From contig MHUW01000017.1 in NCBI GenBank assembly GCA_001823575.1, positions 1 to 63,474 on the forward strand: a DNA stretch of 63,474 nucleotides. Reading direction: 5' to 3'. Below the pieces are notes generated by a model. That model did no database searches, was not told the origin of the DNA, and saw only the letters and a program-made list of their open reading frames with translations. Below, piece after piece: positions 63,421 to 63,474 of the stretch. Position 1 is the first letter of the stretch, and the number at the start of each line of letters is the position of its first letter. Source of the stretch: Candidatus Yonathbacteria bacterium RIFCSPLOWO2_01_FULL_47_33b (GTDB taxonomy: Bacteria; Patescibacteriota; Minisyncoccia; Phycocordibacterales; UBA1550). Both the position numbers and the translations under genes were made by a program.

Positions 63421-63474
63421 GGAAAGGTTAGTGCAAGGTATTACCTTTTGAGGTAGGTTGTCCAACACCGTCAG

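Overview
The window looks like a streamlined, moderately low-GC bacterial chromosome. Its gene style is reminiscent of CPR/Patescibacteria, but that assignment is inference only. A roughly 30 kb mosaic, mostly higher-GC genomic island interrupts it. Host-like segments are 1-9278 and about 39.5-63.5 kb. They carry a giant surface protein, Fe/Mn-SOD, clpB, rpmG, miaA, a peroxiredoxin, ddl, a PIN-PhoH ATPase, a family-4 UDG, four tRNAs (Tyr, Trp, Leu, Ala) and two LAGLIDADG-type genes that abut tRNAs. They also carry an F-type ATP synthase operon (atpBEFHAG...DC), which a 2.3 kb AT-rich insertion splits between atpG and atpD. The island starts exactly at the 3' end of tRNA-Tyr (9279). It has two large serine recombinases, and both of their ORFs run out of their own module. 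Its cargo is mostly conflict and envelope genes: two VPLPA/PEP-CTERM paralogs with lipoproteins, a C-protein/Dcm/REase/Vsr restriction-modification (RM) cassette, an IS1595 remnant, RadC, and a polymorphic GIY-YIG-like toxin with a putative immunity gene. Two modules do not match any described system I can recall. The first is a soluble TraD/VirD4-like ATPase trio at 28.1-33.3 kb, in which one copy is fused to a C-terminal nuclease-like domain. The second is at 18.7-21.2 kb: a small HTH gene (a paralog of the RM controller) followed by a YejK/NdpA-like protein translationally coupled to a 3-TM protein. Other oddities are tRNA-end duplications at tRNA-Trp and tRNA-Ala, two perfect palindromes sharing an AGCTATAGCT centre, and several long inverted repeats. 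All functional calls come from reading motifs by eye; no searches were run.
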